DNA of 64,000 bases, taken from assembly GCA_963765675.1 (NCBI GenBank), contig CAVXXK010000001.1:512001-576000 (forward strand). Direction: 5' to 3'. The DNA is from an uncultured delta proteobacterium (GTDB taxonomy: Bacteria; Desulfobacterota; Binatia; Binatales; Binataceae). The notes beneath the pieces are model-generated. The model made no database searches. It was not told where the DNA came from and saw only the letters and a list, made by a program, of their open reading frames with translations. Below are positions 45,683 through 57,015 of this stretch, piece by piece (positions within the stretch are counted from its first letter, which is position 1; each line of letters begins with the position of its first letter). A program made the translations under genes and the position numbers.

Positions 45683-48600
45683 ACGGCGCGATATATATCC
45701 GTCCCTCCGTCATCGACAAAATCGGACTCGGCACGCATCGCGTGATCGAGGCCAGTGCCGGCACCGGCAAGACCTTCACGCTCGAGCATCTGATTGTCGA
45801 GTTGCTGATTCGCGGAGAAGCGAAGCTCGATCAAATCCTGGCCGTCACCTTCACTCAGCGCGCGACCGCGGAGCTGCGCGCTCGCGTTCGCGCCGCGATC
45901 GATCGCGCTCTGCGCGCGGCGTATGCAGACGATAAAGCAATCAAATCGGCGTTCCCCGGCATCGACCTTGTTGCGCCGCTCGAGGCGGCGCTGTTTTCTT
46001 TCGAGCGTGCGCCGATTCACACGATTCACAGTTTCTGCCAGCGAGTCCTGACTGAACTCGCATTCGATACTGGCGCGAGGTTCGGGACCGAGGCCGCCGA
46101 TGGACGCGCTTTGTTCCACGAGGCGTTCCGCGCGGTGTTGCGCGAAAAAAGAATAGCTAGCGCCGAATACTCCGAGCCCCTTGAGAAATGGATTAAGGAT
46201 TCGGGCAAGCCGGTTGACGACCTCGAGAAGATGCTCTTCGAGGTGAACAGCAATCATTATGATCCGGAAAATGGCGCAACGGCGGCGTCGATCGAATCTC
46301 GGCTGGCCAACCTGTTCCTGCCGCCGATGCGCGAATGGCTGAGCGCGGAAAAGTTCCGCCGCGGCGTGATCGACTATGACGACATGCTCGAACGTGTTCA
46401 TCAGGCGCTCGAGGACGACACGGACGGCAGGCTCGCTGCGGCGCTGCGCGCGCGGTACTGCTTCGCTCTGATCGACGAGTTCCAGGACACCGACCAAATC
46501 CAGTGGGCAATCTTCCGCAAAATCTTTGTCGACGGAGATACGCAGAGCGCCTTGTATCTGATCGGCGATCCCAAGCAGGCAATCTATTCATTTCGGGGCG
46601 CCGATGTTCACGCTTACATGCGGGCGCGCGACAAAATTGCCGCGCCGCCGAATGATCCGATTGCGCTGACCGAGAATTTTCGCTCGACCGCACCGATGAT
46701 CGCCGCGGTCAACGCGATTTTGGATCAGAACGCGAATCCACCGCTGTTCAACAGCACGATCAAATATCAGAACCCGGTCTTCTGCGGGCGCGAAGATCTG
46801 TGTGCTAAGGCGGGTGGCAAAGAGCTGACACCGATCACGCTGATTACGGCGAAACACGACGCGAAATATAAGGCGGCGGCCCTGAGGCGGATGCTCGCGT
46901 GCCGGATCGCCGCGACGATCAAGGCGATCGTGAATGACCCTGACTCGGCGATCACCGTCACTGACGGCGCGAAGTCCGGACCGGCGGTCACGTACGGAGA
47001 TATTTTTATTCTGACCAACACTAACGCCGAAGGAATCAAACTTGCCGAGTATCTCCGCGCCGAAGGCGTCCCGTATGCATTCTACAAACGCGAAGGATTG
47101 TTCCAGACCGATGAGGCGCGCGATGTTCTCGACATGCTGCGAGCCGTCGCCGCGCCTAACAATCGATCGCATCGCCTGAAGGCGTGGGCGACGCCGTTCT
47201 TCGCCATCCCGATGCGCGAGCTCGCAAAGTTGGATGAGCCGGCACCTTCCGATCCACTGATGGCGCGATTGGCGAAGTGGCACGGGCTCGCGAAGGAGGG
47301 AGATCTCGCGGAGTTGTTCGACTCGCTGCTCGAAGAGAGCGGCCTGGCGGCGCGCCAACTGTTTGGGGCACCAAATCTCCGCGAGCTTACCAACTACGAA
47401 CACCTCTTCGAGTTGATCCTCACTGAATCGCTCAGGGAAGGATGGTCGATCGCGGAAATTATCGATCGTCTCGGCGCTTACGTCGGCGAGTATCGGCTGC
47501 CGTCGGGCGAGGATCCTAATCTCATGCGGCTCGAAAGCGAACGCGCGGCGGTCCAGATCATGACGATTCACAAAGCCAAAGGGCTCGAAGCGCGAGTCGT
47601 TTTTCTCTTCGGCGGTTTCTTCGCGAACAACAGTCCGCGTCCGGTGAAGATTTATCATGACCAGGAAAGCGTTCGCCGCCTCGCTATCGGCAGCGCCGCG
47701 CAGCTCATGGAACGCGGGCCGATCAAGCAAGACGAGGCCGAAGAGGATCAGCGGCTGCTGTACGTAGCGATCACGCGCGCACGCGCAAAACTTTATCTCC
47801 CTTATTTTCCAACCAGACCCGGAAAACTTGATCTGTCCGGAAGATACAAGCAGCTGAATGATCGACTGCGCGCCATGGACGCGGCCGGACAGCTTGCAGC
47901 GCCTCTGTTCGAGACCGTTGCGCTGGAAATGGAGCCACGCGAGATCAGCGCGAACGCAAATCCGATCAGCGGATGGCGGCCTCCGGCAAGCCTGCTCGCG
48001 GACCCGAGCGCCGTAAAACTCGAAAGCGAGCTCGCGACCCTAGCACACAGATGCGCCGCGCTTTCGACAGTATCGTACACGTCGTTAAATCGCCGCGCCG
48101 TACCGGAACTCGATCTGAGCGAATACAAGGAACCTATCGCCGAGGCTCCAGGGACCGCATCGGAGCCCGCTGGAGGCGCCGCGGCCGGAATCTTTCTGCA
48201 CGAGACGATCGAAAAGCTCGATCTGAAAGCTCTGGCCGTCGCACGCGATCTTGCTTCATGGAGCGCGCTCGACGAGGTTCGCGAGCTGTTCGATTCCGCA
48301 CTGCGGCGTCATCAGGTGCCTGAACGCGAGCGCTGGATGATCCGCGGCCCGGAGCTCGTCTTCAACACCCTGCGATCGCCAATCGCGGCTGGAGCCACGA
48401 ACATCCCCGCACTGGCCGGATGCGAGTCCTCGCGCGAGATGGAGTTCACGTTTCCGATACCCGAGGCCGGGCACGGCCTGCTCGCTTCCGCGCGGGCGAA
48501 TGACGCCGCGCGATGGCGAATCGAGCGGGGCGTGTATGTTGGATTCGTGGATTTCGTTTTCCGCCACGAAGATCGCGTCTACTTCGCCGACTGGAAGAGC

Positions 48601-48886
48601 GACCTGCTCGACTCGTACGAACCCGACTCGGTCGCGCAGCACGCGCGGAATAATTACAGTCTGCAGGCAAAAATCTACACCATCGGCGTTACGCGCCTGC
48701 TTGGCATTCACACCGAGGCGGAGTACGAGGCCGGGTTCGGCGGCTTGCTCTACCTGTTTATTCGGGGCATCACGCCCCGCGGCGGCGGAAATCGTGGTGT
48801 CTACTTTTATCGTCCGCCTTGGGCCGAAGTGGTGCGCGCAGAAGGCGAGCTGATGCGGCCGTTTCGAAATGGTGGGCAACCGATGA
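45679..48886 (+). CDS. recB: Exodeoxyribonuclease V beta subunit (N-terminal part of the 45679-50928 ORF as sequenced)
   Basis: IEASAGTGKT, VTFT, TIHSFC, IDEFQDTD, IGDPKQAIYSFRGAD, NFRS, MTIHKAKGLE, LYVAITRA; nuclease motif GFVDFVF......ADWKS. Confidence 0.92.
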
Positions 48887-50928
48887 AGCCCCTTTATTCT
48901 CTGCTCGGAATGGACACGGCCACTCAGCGCAGCGCCCGTGCGGAGCGCGCCGCTACGCAGTTCGAAACCGACATGGCGCGTCTTCGCGCGTCGGTCGCCG
49001 AACTCAATCTCGATCCCGGCACGGTGCATCTGGCGGCGGAAATCGCAGCGCTCGAGCCCGCCTTCGAGCTGGACGACAGCGCGCGGTTCGCGCTGATTGT
49101 GCTGATTGTCCTGTCGCTGGCCGCCGTCGCTGAGGGCAACACGCGATTTCCCGTGAGCGGCGATGAATCGAAACAACCGCTGGAGCGGATGCTTTCCGCC
49201 CTGATGGCGCCGCCTTTCGACGATTTCACGCGCGAGCGGGTCGAGCAGAAAATCGCGGAGATTCTCGCCGCTGATAGCGCGCCTGCGGTAATCGGACGAA
49301 GTCCCGACTCGCGCCGTCCGCTGCTTTATCTGAAGCCGTATCTTTACCACGAGCGAATCTACCGCGCCGAGCAAAGACTTGCCGAACGCCTGGCGGCGTT
49401 GGTGGACATCGATGGCGAGCCAAACATGCCGGCGATCGCAAAGTCACTTGCGGATGTGGTTGCTCGTCCGGCGATGATCGCCGGCACCGCAGCGGTTCTT
49501 TCTGACGAACAACGCCGGGCGGTCGGAATCGGCGCGAGTTCGCGGCTTGCGATAATTTCTGGCGGCCCGGGAACTGGCAAGACTTCGATAATCGCGGCGA
49601 TCCTGCGGGTGCTGGTGCGCGTTGGGATTGATCCCGCGGCCGTCGCACTGGCCGCTCCAACCGGGAAGGCCGCCTACCGGATGAGTGAGTCGATCCGCAG
49701 CACGATCGGATCGATCGAAAATCCGGCTCCAGAAGATTCCACGCTCGCCGCCGCGATTCCTGCTGCGTCCACGATTCATCGCTTGCTCGGGTTTTCGAGC
49801 ACACGAAGATCTTTTATTCATCATCGCGGCAATCCGCTCGACGCGTCGGTCGTAATCGTCGATGAGGCGTCGATGCTCGATCTGACGTTGATGGATCATT
49901 TGACCGGGGCGCTTCGGCCGCAGGCGCGCCTGGTGATTGTCGGTGACGCCGATCAGTTGCCGTCGGTTGCCGCGGGCGCGGTGCTGCGCGATCTGATGCC
50001 GGCAGCGGAACCGGCCGCATCCGCCGCTATGGCGGGAGTAAGCGCAACGCTCAGCAAGAACTATCGCGCGAGGGCCGAGGACACGGGCGGAGCGGCGATC
50101 GCAATGGCGGCGCGGCAAATCAACGAGGGGCGCGCGGATCTGATCTCGGCCGCCGACAGTCCGGTAGTCAGGAGGGCGACTGCAGCCGAGATCGCGTTTT
50201 CCGGCGTCGAGCTCGTCACCGGCGCGTCGGAGTCACTGCCGGAATTTCTGTCGTTATTCGCGCGGAAACAAATCGAGTCCGATGAGTACGCTGCGATGGC
50301 GCAGGAAAATTATACGTTCGAAGACGGTGCGTTCAGCGCCGAGGACGCGGCGACAATAGCGCGGATGCTCGCGCATCTGGCGCGAGCCAGGATCCTTTGC
50401 GTGACACGGATTGGACGTTGCGGCGCCGACGCGATCAACGCGCGGATGCATCGCGCTGCGCCGGGCCGCAGCATTCCGCCCGAGCGCGGCGCGATGATCG
50501 CGGGCGAGCCGGTGATTGTTATGCGCAACGACTACGATCACATGCTGTTCAACGGCGATCAGGGCGTGCTGGTGAACCTTGCCGAGCGCGGTGGACGCCG
50601 CTCGCTCGCGGCAGTGTTCACGCGAGAGACGGGCCTTGCCGCGTTTCGAATCGAAATGCTGTCGGACGCGATCGATCTGTGCTACGCGATGACGGTGCAT
50701 AAGGCGCAAGGCTCGGAGTTCGATTGCGTCGCGCTGATTCTGCCCGAGCGCGACATGCCGCTGCTCTCGCGCGAGACGATCTACACGGCAGTCAGCCGCA
50801 GCCGGCGATCATGCGTGATCTTTGGCGACAAGGATCTGCTCGAACAAGCCGTGGCGCGGCGTAGCGAACGGTTCTCCGGACTCGCGCAGGCGATCGAGCG
50901 CTATCGTGCCGGTAATACCGGCGGCTGA
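48883..50928 (+). CDS. recD: Exodeoxyribonuclease V alpha subunit (in frame with recB as sequenced)
   Basis: ISGGPGTGKT, AAPTGKAA, TIHRLLG, VDEASM, VGDADQLPSV, NGDQG, YAMTVHKAQGSEF, YTAVSR; own ATG at 48883 after GGTGG. Confidence 0.9.
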   Translation: MKPLYSLLGMDTATQRSARAERAATQFETDMARLRASVAELNLDPGTVHLAAEIAALEPAFELDDSARFALIVLIVLSLAAVAEGNTRFPVSGDESKQPLERMLSALMAPPFDDFTRERVEQKIAEILAADSAPAVIGRSPDSRRPLLYLKPYLYHERIYRAEQRLAERLAALVDIDGEPNMPAIAKSLADVVARPAMIAGTAAVLSDEQRRAVGIGASSRLAIISGGPGTGKTSIIAAILRVLVRVGIDPAAVALAAPTGKAAYRMSESIRSTIGSIENPAPEDSTLAAAIPAASTIHRLLGFSSTRRSFIHHRGNPLDASVVIVDEASMLDLTLMDHLTGALRPQARLVIVGDADQLPSVAAGAVLRDLMPAAEPAASAAMAGVSATLSKNYRARAEDTGGAAIAMAARQINEGRADLISAADSPVVRRATAAEIAFSGVELVTGASESLPEFLSLFARKQIESDEYAAMAQENYTFEDGAFSAEDAATIARMLAHLARARILCVTRIGRCGADAINARMHRAAPGRSIPPERGAMIAGEPVIVMRNDYDHMLFNGDQGVLVNLAERGGRRSLAAVFTRETGLAAFRIEMLSDAIDLCYAMTVHKAQGSEFDCVALILPERDMPLLSRETIYTAVSRSRRSCVIFGDKDLLEQAVARRSERFSGLAQAIERYRAGNTGG

Positions 50929-51059
50929 ATCACGTTCAAATGAAGTAGCCGTCCATTTTTCGCGGACGGCGGCGAACTGCCCAAATAAAAAGGCGTCGTC
51001 GCGGACGCGGGCGTACTATAATCAAGACGCGTGATTACTCGACGAAGGGAGAATTTTTA

Positions 51060-52079
51060 ATGCAGGTGGGAATGATCGGATTAGGCAGAATGGGCGCGAA
51101 CATGGTCAAACGGCTGATTCGCGCCGGCCATCAATGCGTGGTTTTCGACGTGAGCCAGGACTCGGTGAAGGCGCTGGTGAAGGAAGGCGCGACGGGCGCA
51201 ACATCGATGGACGATTTCGTCGCCAAACTGACCAAACCGCGCGCGACATGGATGATGGTTCCGGCGGCGGTGGTGGAGAGCACCGTCGACGAGCTGAGCA
51301 AGCGTTTCGAACGCGGCGACATAATCGTCGACGGCGGTAACTCGTACTATGTCGATGACATCCGCCGGGCTAAGACGCTGACCGCCAAGGGAATCCACTA
51401 CGTCGATTCCGGAACCAGCGGAGGCGTGTGGGGCTTTGAGCGCGGTTACTGCCAGATGATCGGCGGCGAGGCCGGTGTGATAAAGCACCTCGATCCGATT
51501 TTCGCTGCGCTGGCGCCGCCGATGGACAGCGCACCACGCACCGAGGGGCGCGACAAGGTCAAGAACAGCACCGCCGAGCACGGTTACCTGCATTGCGGCG
51601 CCAACGGCGCCGGACATTTCGTCAAGATGGTGCATAACGGAATCGAGTACGGGATCATGGCGGCATACGCCGAGGGCCTGAACATTCTGCATCACGCCAA
51701 CATCGGGAAAACCAAGGGCGCGTCCGATGCCGAGACCACGCCGCTGCGCAATCCGGAGCTGTATCAGTACGACATGAACCTCACCGATATAACCGAGCTA
51801 TGGCGGCGCGGCAGCGTGATCTCGTCGTGGCTGCTCGATTTGACCGCGACCGCGCTGCTCGGCGATCCGGAGCTCAAGAAGTTCGCGGGCCGCGTATCGG
51901 ACTCGGGTGAAGGGCGATGGACTATCGACGCGGCGATCGACGAGGGCGTGCCGGCCAATGTTCTGACCTCAGCGCTGTTCGAGCGCTTCAGTTCACGCGG
52001 TGCGGCCGACTTTGCCGACAAGCTCTTGTCCGCGATGCGCTATGAGTTTGGCGGCCATCTCGAAAAGCCCGGTAAATAA
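51060..52079 (+). CDS. gnd: 6-phosphogluconate dehydrogenase (decarboxylating, short type)
   Basis: [39 protein letters not shown] and MRYEFGGH motifs. Confidence 0.96.
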   Translation: MQVGMIGLGRMGANMVKRLIRAGHQCVVFDVSQDSVKALVKEGATGATSMDDFVAKLTKPRATWMMVPAAVVESTVDELSKRFERGDIIVDGGNSYYVDDIRRAKTLTAKGIHYVDSGTSGGVWGFERGYCQMIGGEAGVIKHLDPIFAALAPPMDSAPRTEGRDKVKNSTAEHGYLHCGANGAGHFVKMVHNGIEYGIMAAYAEGLNILHHANIGKTKGASDAETTPLRNPELYQYDMNLTDITELWRRGSVISSWLLDLTATALLGDPELKKFAGRVSDSGEGRWTIDAAIDEGVPANVLTSALFERFSSRGAADFADKLLSAMRYEFGGHLEKPGK

Positions 52080-52120
52080 GAACGAGCCGCGCCCGGAATC
52101 ACCCAGGCAAAGGAATCTCG

Positions 52121-53662
52121 ATGGCGAAGGAAAAAGTTGAAAATGTCGATAATGTCACCCAGGCGCGTCCCGGCGATCCGTGCACGATCGTGATTTTCGG
52201 AGCCGCCGGCGACCTGACCAAACGCAAGCTGTTTCCGGCGCTCTACAATTTGCTCCATGGCAAATTCCTGCCGGATAAATTTGCGATCGTAGGCGTGTCG
52301 ATAGAGAAATTCAGCGACCAGGTCTTCCGCAATCAGCTCTCGGGGGAAATCAAAAAATACGCCACCGGGAAAGTCGATCCGAAACTGTGGAAGTCTTTCG
52401 TATCGAAAGTGTATTACCTCTCCGGAAACTTCACCGACCATAAGCTCTACGCGGCTCTGAGGGATACTCTGGCGAAGGCCGCGAAGGAGCAGGACCTTCC
52501 GGGGAACTGTCTCTATTATCTTGCGGTGGCGCCGCAATTTTTCGGGGAAATCGTGCGCCAGCTCGGCGCCGCCGACCTTGCGGAAGAGAAGGACGGGAAT
52601 TGGCGCCGGGTGGTGATCGAAAAACCGTTCGGCCGCGACCTCGAGTCCGCACAGGCGCTGAACAAGGAAATCAAGCAAGTACTCAAGGAAGATCAGATCT
52701 ACAGGATCGATCATTACCTGGGCAAAGAGACCGTGCAGAACATGCTGGTGTTCCGCTTCGGTAATGGAATTTTCGAGCCGATCTGGAATCGGCGCTATAT
52801 CGATTCCGTGCAGATAACCGCCGCGGAGACGGTCGGAGTCGAGGAACGCGGCGGCTACTACGAAACCGCGGGGGCGCTGCGCGATATGGTGCCCAACCAC
52901 ATGATGCAGCTCATCGCGATGATCGGCATGGAGCCGCCAACTTCATTCGGCGCCGAGGCCGTGCGTGACGAAAAGGCGAAACTGCTGAACGCAATTCAGA
53001 TCCTCACGTCCGAGGACGTGATCACGATGGCGGTGCGCGGTCAGTACGGCGACGGAACCGAGCAGGGCAAGAAGGTTCGCGCGTATCGCAAGGAGGACCA
53101 GGTCAATCCCGAGTCGCACATCGAAACCTATGCCGCGCTCGAACTGCATATCGACAACTGGCGCTGGGCGGGAGTGCCGTTCTACGTCCGCACCGGCAAG
53201 CGGCTTGCGGAACGCGTAACCGAGCTCGCGATCAATTTCAAACGCGCTCCCTTGCTGCTGTTCAAAGACACCGGCGTCGAGCAAATGTCCACCAATCAAC
53301 TGGTGATGCACATCCAGCCCGACGAGGGCATCTCGCTGCGCTTCAGCGCTAAGATTCCGGGACCGTCGGTCAAGATCGGATCAGTTGATATGAACTTCAA
53401 GTACACGACTTATTTCGGCGCCGCGCCTTCAACCGGATACGAAACCCTGCTGCTCGATTGCATGATCGGCGATCCGACGCTGTTCCAGCGCGACGACATG
53501 GTCGAGGCCGGATGGCGGGTCGTCACGCCGGTGCTCGATGTGTGGAACGCATTGCCACCGCGCGAATTTCCGAACTATGCAGCAGGAAGCTGGGGGCCGG
53601 AGGAGGCCGATCATCTGCTCGCACGCGAGGGCCGTCACTGGAGGGTTATCACTGAACCCTGA
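52121..53662 (+). CDS. zwf: Glucose-6-phosphate 1-dehydrogenase
   Basis: [33 protein letters not shown] and RTGK motifs. Confidence 0.97.
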   Translation: MAKEKVENVDNVTQARPGDPCTIVIFGAAGDLTKRKLFPALYNLLHGKFLPDKFAIVGVSIEKFSDQVFRNQLSGEIKKYATGKVDPKLWKSFVSKVYYLSGNFTDHKLYAALRDTLAKAAKEQDLPGNCLYYLAVAPQFFGEIVRQLGAADLAEEKDGNWRRVVIEKPFGRDLESAQALNKEIKQVLKEDQIYRIDHYLGKETVQNMLVFRFGNGIFEPIWNRRYIDSVQITAAETVGVEERGGYYETAGALRDMVPNHMMQLIAMIGMEPPTSFGAEAVRDEKAKLLNAIQILTSEDVITMAVRGQYGDGTEQGKKVRAYRKEDQVNPESHIETYAALELHIDNWRWAGVPFYVRTGKRLAERVTELAINFKRAPLLLFKDTGVEQMSTNQLVMHIQPDEGISLRFSAKIPGPSVKIGSVDMNFKYTTYFGAAPSTGYETLLLDCMIGDPTLFQRDDMVEAGWRVVTPVLDVWNALPPREFPNYAAGSWGPEEADHLLAREGRHWRVITEP

Positions 53663-53693
53663 TCGGCGGCGGCGGAGTAATACGCGAGGATGA

Positions 53694-55481
53694 TCAGTGC
53701 GCGTCGTTCAGATGCGCACGAACCATCGCCGGCGAGATCGCTCCGGAAGCAAGCTTGCGCGCCGGTCCGAACCGCAGCATGTGAAACAGGAATATCGCCA
53801 GAGCGAAGCCGGCAGTCACTACACTGAGCGAGGTGATCGCTCCCGGATCCGATGACGCACCGCCCATTCGCTCGATCGCGAGAATCGCGGCGGCGACAGA
53901 AACTGCCAGCGCCGAAGTAGCAACGACCGCAACGTCGCGGATGGGCGCTCGCGCACCTTCCTTCAAAAAGCGGCGCAGTTCGCGCGGCGAAAAATAATCC
54001 AGGAACCAACCCGTCGCCTCATCAACCCCGCGCGCGTTCGGCGGGGAGATGACTCTACCGCTCAGAGGATCAGTCGCGGGCAGGCCCTGGTTGTGAAGCT
54101 CTACGCCGGCCAGGATCTCGTGATGAATCTCGCCCGTAATCGGATATCGCCATGCGATCAGGAACGACAGCGCTCCGCAGAGCGCCGGCGCCAGCGCGAA
54201 GATCGCTTTGATCGCGAAAATCACTTCCGGCGTCTGCACTGCATTGGGCACGTATCCGATTTCGGCGAGTATCGCGATCGGCAGCGCGGCGCTCGGAATC
54301 GCGACGAATTTTGGCAGGATGCTCCAGAACGCGGTGTACTGGCCCTCGCTACGCCGGCCAGTATAGAACTCGTCGTAATCGATCACGTCGGCCTGCATCG
54401 AGGGACCCAGAAACAATCCCGCGCCGAAACTCGCTCCCGCCCAGCTAATCAGCACCAGCAGCATCGTCGTGTCGCCTTTGCCGAGAAAATACATCGCGGC
54501 GCCACCCGACACTCCCATCACGAAGCTCGCGAGCCAGGTGTTCAGTTTGCCAAATCGTTTCGCCGCCGAAACCCACAGCGGCAGGCACAGGAACCCGACA
54601 CCGAAGTAGCCGAGCAGCTCGATCGACAGCCAAAGCGCTGGGTTCTTCGGCTCGATCACGTACGCGTTGAAGAACGGAAGCAGCGTCGCCGGTATCGCAC
54701 CGGTGATCGAGCCGACGATATAGCTCGCGAGCAGAATCCTGAACGGGCGATTGCGCAGCGCGCGGCGAACTCCCGGAACCAGCGGATTCGATTCGCGCTT
54801 GGCGAAGCCGGGCCGCTCGCGCACTCCATACGCGAGCATCCAATAGAGCGTCGTCAGCAGCAGCGCAAACGCGATTCCAAGAAAGTGATAAACGTGCCGC
54901 TCATTCCAGCCCAGCACATGCATCAGGATTCCCGGCGCCGCCGAGGCGACGATCGTCCCGAGGATTGTGAACGACTCGCGCACGCCGAACAGGCTCGAAC
55001 GCTCATTGTAGTCCAGCGTGAGCTCCGGCCCGAGCGCATAGTGCGGCAGCACATAGACCGTGTGAAAAATGAAATAGAGGATGAAGGTGACGCCAAACCA
55101 CCATGCCGATTGGGTGCCAGTCATTCCGACCGGCGGGCTCATCATCGCGTAGAATGCGATTCCGCACAGCGGCGGTCCGATGATCAGGTACGGGCGGCGC
55201 CGTCCGAGCCTCGTGCGGGTGCGATCCGAGACCCATCCGACGACAGGATCGCTGATCGCGTCGAGCGAACGCGCCAGAGCGATCGCGATCGCAAGATAGC
55301 CGAGCGGCACCAAGACCACGTCGGCGTAGAACTTGGGCATATTGATGAGGATCGGAATTACAAGCGCGGCGCCCGCGAAATTCGGCGCTCCATAGAGGAG
55401 CTTGAGCCGCCACGAAACATGTTCGGACGCCAGAACCGTCGCCTCGGCCGGAATTTTCAACGCGGAACTTTCAGTTGCCAT
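53694..55481 (-). CDS. MFS transporter, GPH/MelB family, with C-terminal extension
   Basis: DAISDPVVG..SDRTRTRLGRRRPY, ELT.DYNER and ADVIDYDE..TG.R.EG motifs. Confidence 0.9.
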   Translation of the reverse strand: MATESSALKIPAEATVLASEHVSWRLKLLYGAPNFAGAALVIPILINMPKFYADVVLVPLGYLAIAIALARSLDAISDPVVGWVSDRTRTRLGRRRPYLIIGPPLCGIAFYAMMSPPVGMTGTQSAWWFGVTFILYFIFHTVYVLPHYALGPELTLDYNERSSLFGVRESFTILGTIVASAAPGILMHVLGWNERHVYHFLGIAFALLLTTLYWMLAYGVRERPGFAKRESNPLVPGVRRALRNRPFRILLASYIVGSITGAIPATLLPFFNAYVIEPKNPALWLSIELLGYFGVGFLCLPLWVSAAKRFGKLNTWLASFVMGVSGGAAMYFLGKGDTTMLLVLISWAGASFGAGLFLGPSMQADVIDYDEFYTGRRSEGQYTAFWSILPKFVAIPSAALPIAILAEIGYVPNAVQTPEVIFAIKAIFALAPALCGALSFLIAWRYPITGEIHHEILAGVELHNQGLPATDPLSGRVISPPNARGVDEATGWFLDYFSPRELRRFLKEGARAPIRDVAVVATSALAVSVAAAILAIERMGGASSDPGAITSLSVVTAGFALAIFLFHMLRFGPARKLASGAISPAMVRAHLNDAH

Positions 55482-55599
55482 TATTCAGCGAATACGCGGA
55501 GCCCCGACGGGGGCCTGACCGAAGAAAGTGTACCGGAACCGCGCGCTCCGATGATACCCGGGAGACGATTCGCGAACGTATCGATGTATCCTCGGCTCA

Positions 55600-57009
55600 C
55601 TAACTGGATTCGCTGAAGGCGCGCGGACGCAGATGAGCCCAAGGTCGTGCGGTTTCGTATTGCGCTGCGAGCGCGATCAATTCGAACTCGCCGGCAGGCC
55701 GGCCGACGATCTGAAATCCTATTGGCAATCCATCGCGCGAAAATCCCGCCGGTAGCGTGATCGCGGGTTGCCCGGTTGCGTTGGCCGGATATTCGAACGC
55801 GATCCAGGTCCACAGTTCGTCGAGGTAGAGTTCGGGCCGCGAAGGAAACGTCCCGTTGCGCATCGGCGGCATCGTCATCGTCGGCGTCAACAGCGCGTCG
55901 AATGGATCGAGCTCCTGCACGATCGCGCGCGCCGTGTTGTGCATCACCGCAACCAGATTCACGTACTCGGCGGCCGACAATTTTTTTCCATGGTGATACA
56001 TCTCCCGGACCACCGGATCGACCAGGTCGAGATCGGCGATCGGAATCGCGGCGATTCCCACGCAGATGAGCGAGCGTGCGCAATCCAGCAGCATCGCACC
56101 CGGATCGAGCGCGACCCTCTCTACGCGATGTCCCAGCTCGCGCATCGCAGAGCACGCGCTGCCGAACGCGGCAGCGACATCGGGATCGACCGGCCCGAGT
56201 TTGGTTTCGGCGATCGCGGCGAGGCGGAGCTTCCGCGTCGCGGCGCTCGGCGCCTCGGCGAACGGACGCGCGGGCGGCGCGGCCCAATAGGGATCGCCGA
56301 CCACCGGCCCTGCGAGCACGTCGAGCATCAGCGCGGCGTCGCGCACCGAACGCGCGATCGGTCCGCGCGTCGCGAATCCGCCCCAAGCCTCGCCGCGATG
56401 CGGCGCGTAGGTGAGCCGCCCGCGCGAGGGTTTGATCCCGACCACGCCGCAGTTCGACGAGGGGCCGCGAATCGAGCCGCCGCCGTCGCTGCCTTCCGCA
56501 AGAGGGCCAAGGCCGGCGGCGATTTGCGCCGCCGCACCGCCGCTTGATCCGCCTGCGTTGTATTCTGTGTTCCAGGGATTATGCGCGATTCCGCACAATC
56601 CGCCTTCGGTCGTGGGTCGGCCGCCGAATTCGGGAGTCGCAGTCTTGCCGAGCAAAACGCCGCCAGCCTCGCGCAGCCGCATCGCGATAATCGCGTCCTC
56701 GGGCGGAATTGAATCGGCGAAATTCTTCGATCCGAGCGTAGTTCGAAATTCCCTGGTGGGCGTCAGATCCTTCAGCGAATATGGAACCCCATACAGCGGC
56801 AGCTCGCGCGCTCGGCCGCGCTCAGCTTCAATTCGAGCAGCGTCCGCGAGCGCTCGCTCGGCGGTGACAATCATGTAGGCGCCAAGATCAGGATTCAGCC
56901 GCTCGATTCGCGCGAGGAAAAATTGCGCGACCTCGCGCGGGCGCAGTTCTCCCCTACGAATCAGATCGCGCAGCTCGGAAGCCTCGATAAACGGGTCGAG
57001 CGAAAGCAT
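55600..57009 (-). CDS. Amidase-signature family amidase
   Basis: LKDL, GKTATPEFG, GGSSGG and GSDGGGSIRGP motifs. Confidence 0.94.
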   Translation of the reverse strand: MLSLDPFIEASELRDLIRRGELRPREVAQFFLARIERLNPDLGAYMIVTAERALADAARIEAERGRARELPLYGVPYSLKDLTPTREFRTTLGSKNFADSIPPEDAIIAMRLREAGGVLLGKTATPEFGGRPTTEGGLCGIAHNPWNTEYNAGGSSGGAAAQIAAGLGPLAEGSDGGGSIRGPSSNCGVVGIKPSRGRLTYAPHRGEAWGGFATRGPIARSVRDAALMLDVLAGPVVGDPYWAAPPARPFAEAPSAATRKLRLAAIAETKLGPVDPDVAAAFGSACSAMRELGHRVERVALDPGAMLLDCARSLICVGIAAIPIADLDLVDPVVREMYHHGKKLSAAEYVNLVAVMHNTARAIVQELDPFDALLTPTMTMPPMRNGTFPSRPELYLDELWTWIAFEYPANATGQPAITLPAGFSRDGLPIGFQIVGRPAGEFELIALAAQYETARPWAHLRPRAFSESS

Positions 57010-57015
57010 CGCGGG

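Noticed and set aside
40914-50928. Known WYL-associated defence system (BREX, CBASS, CRISPR-Cas, restriction-modification)
   Set aside because: No such effector genes, arrays or mobile-element marks are present. The helicase/nuclease genes carry canonical RecB, RecC and RecD motifs.
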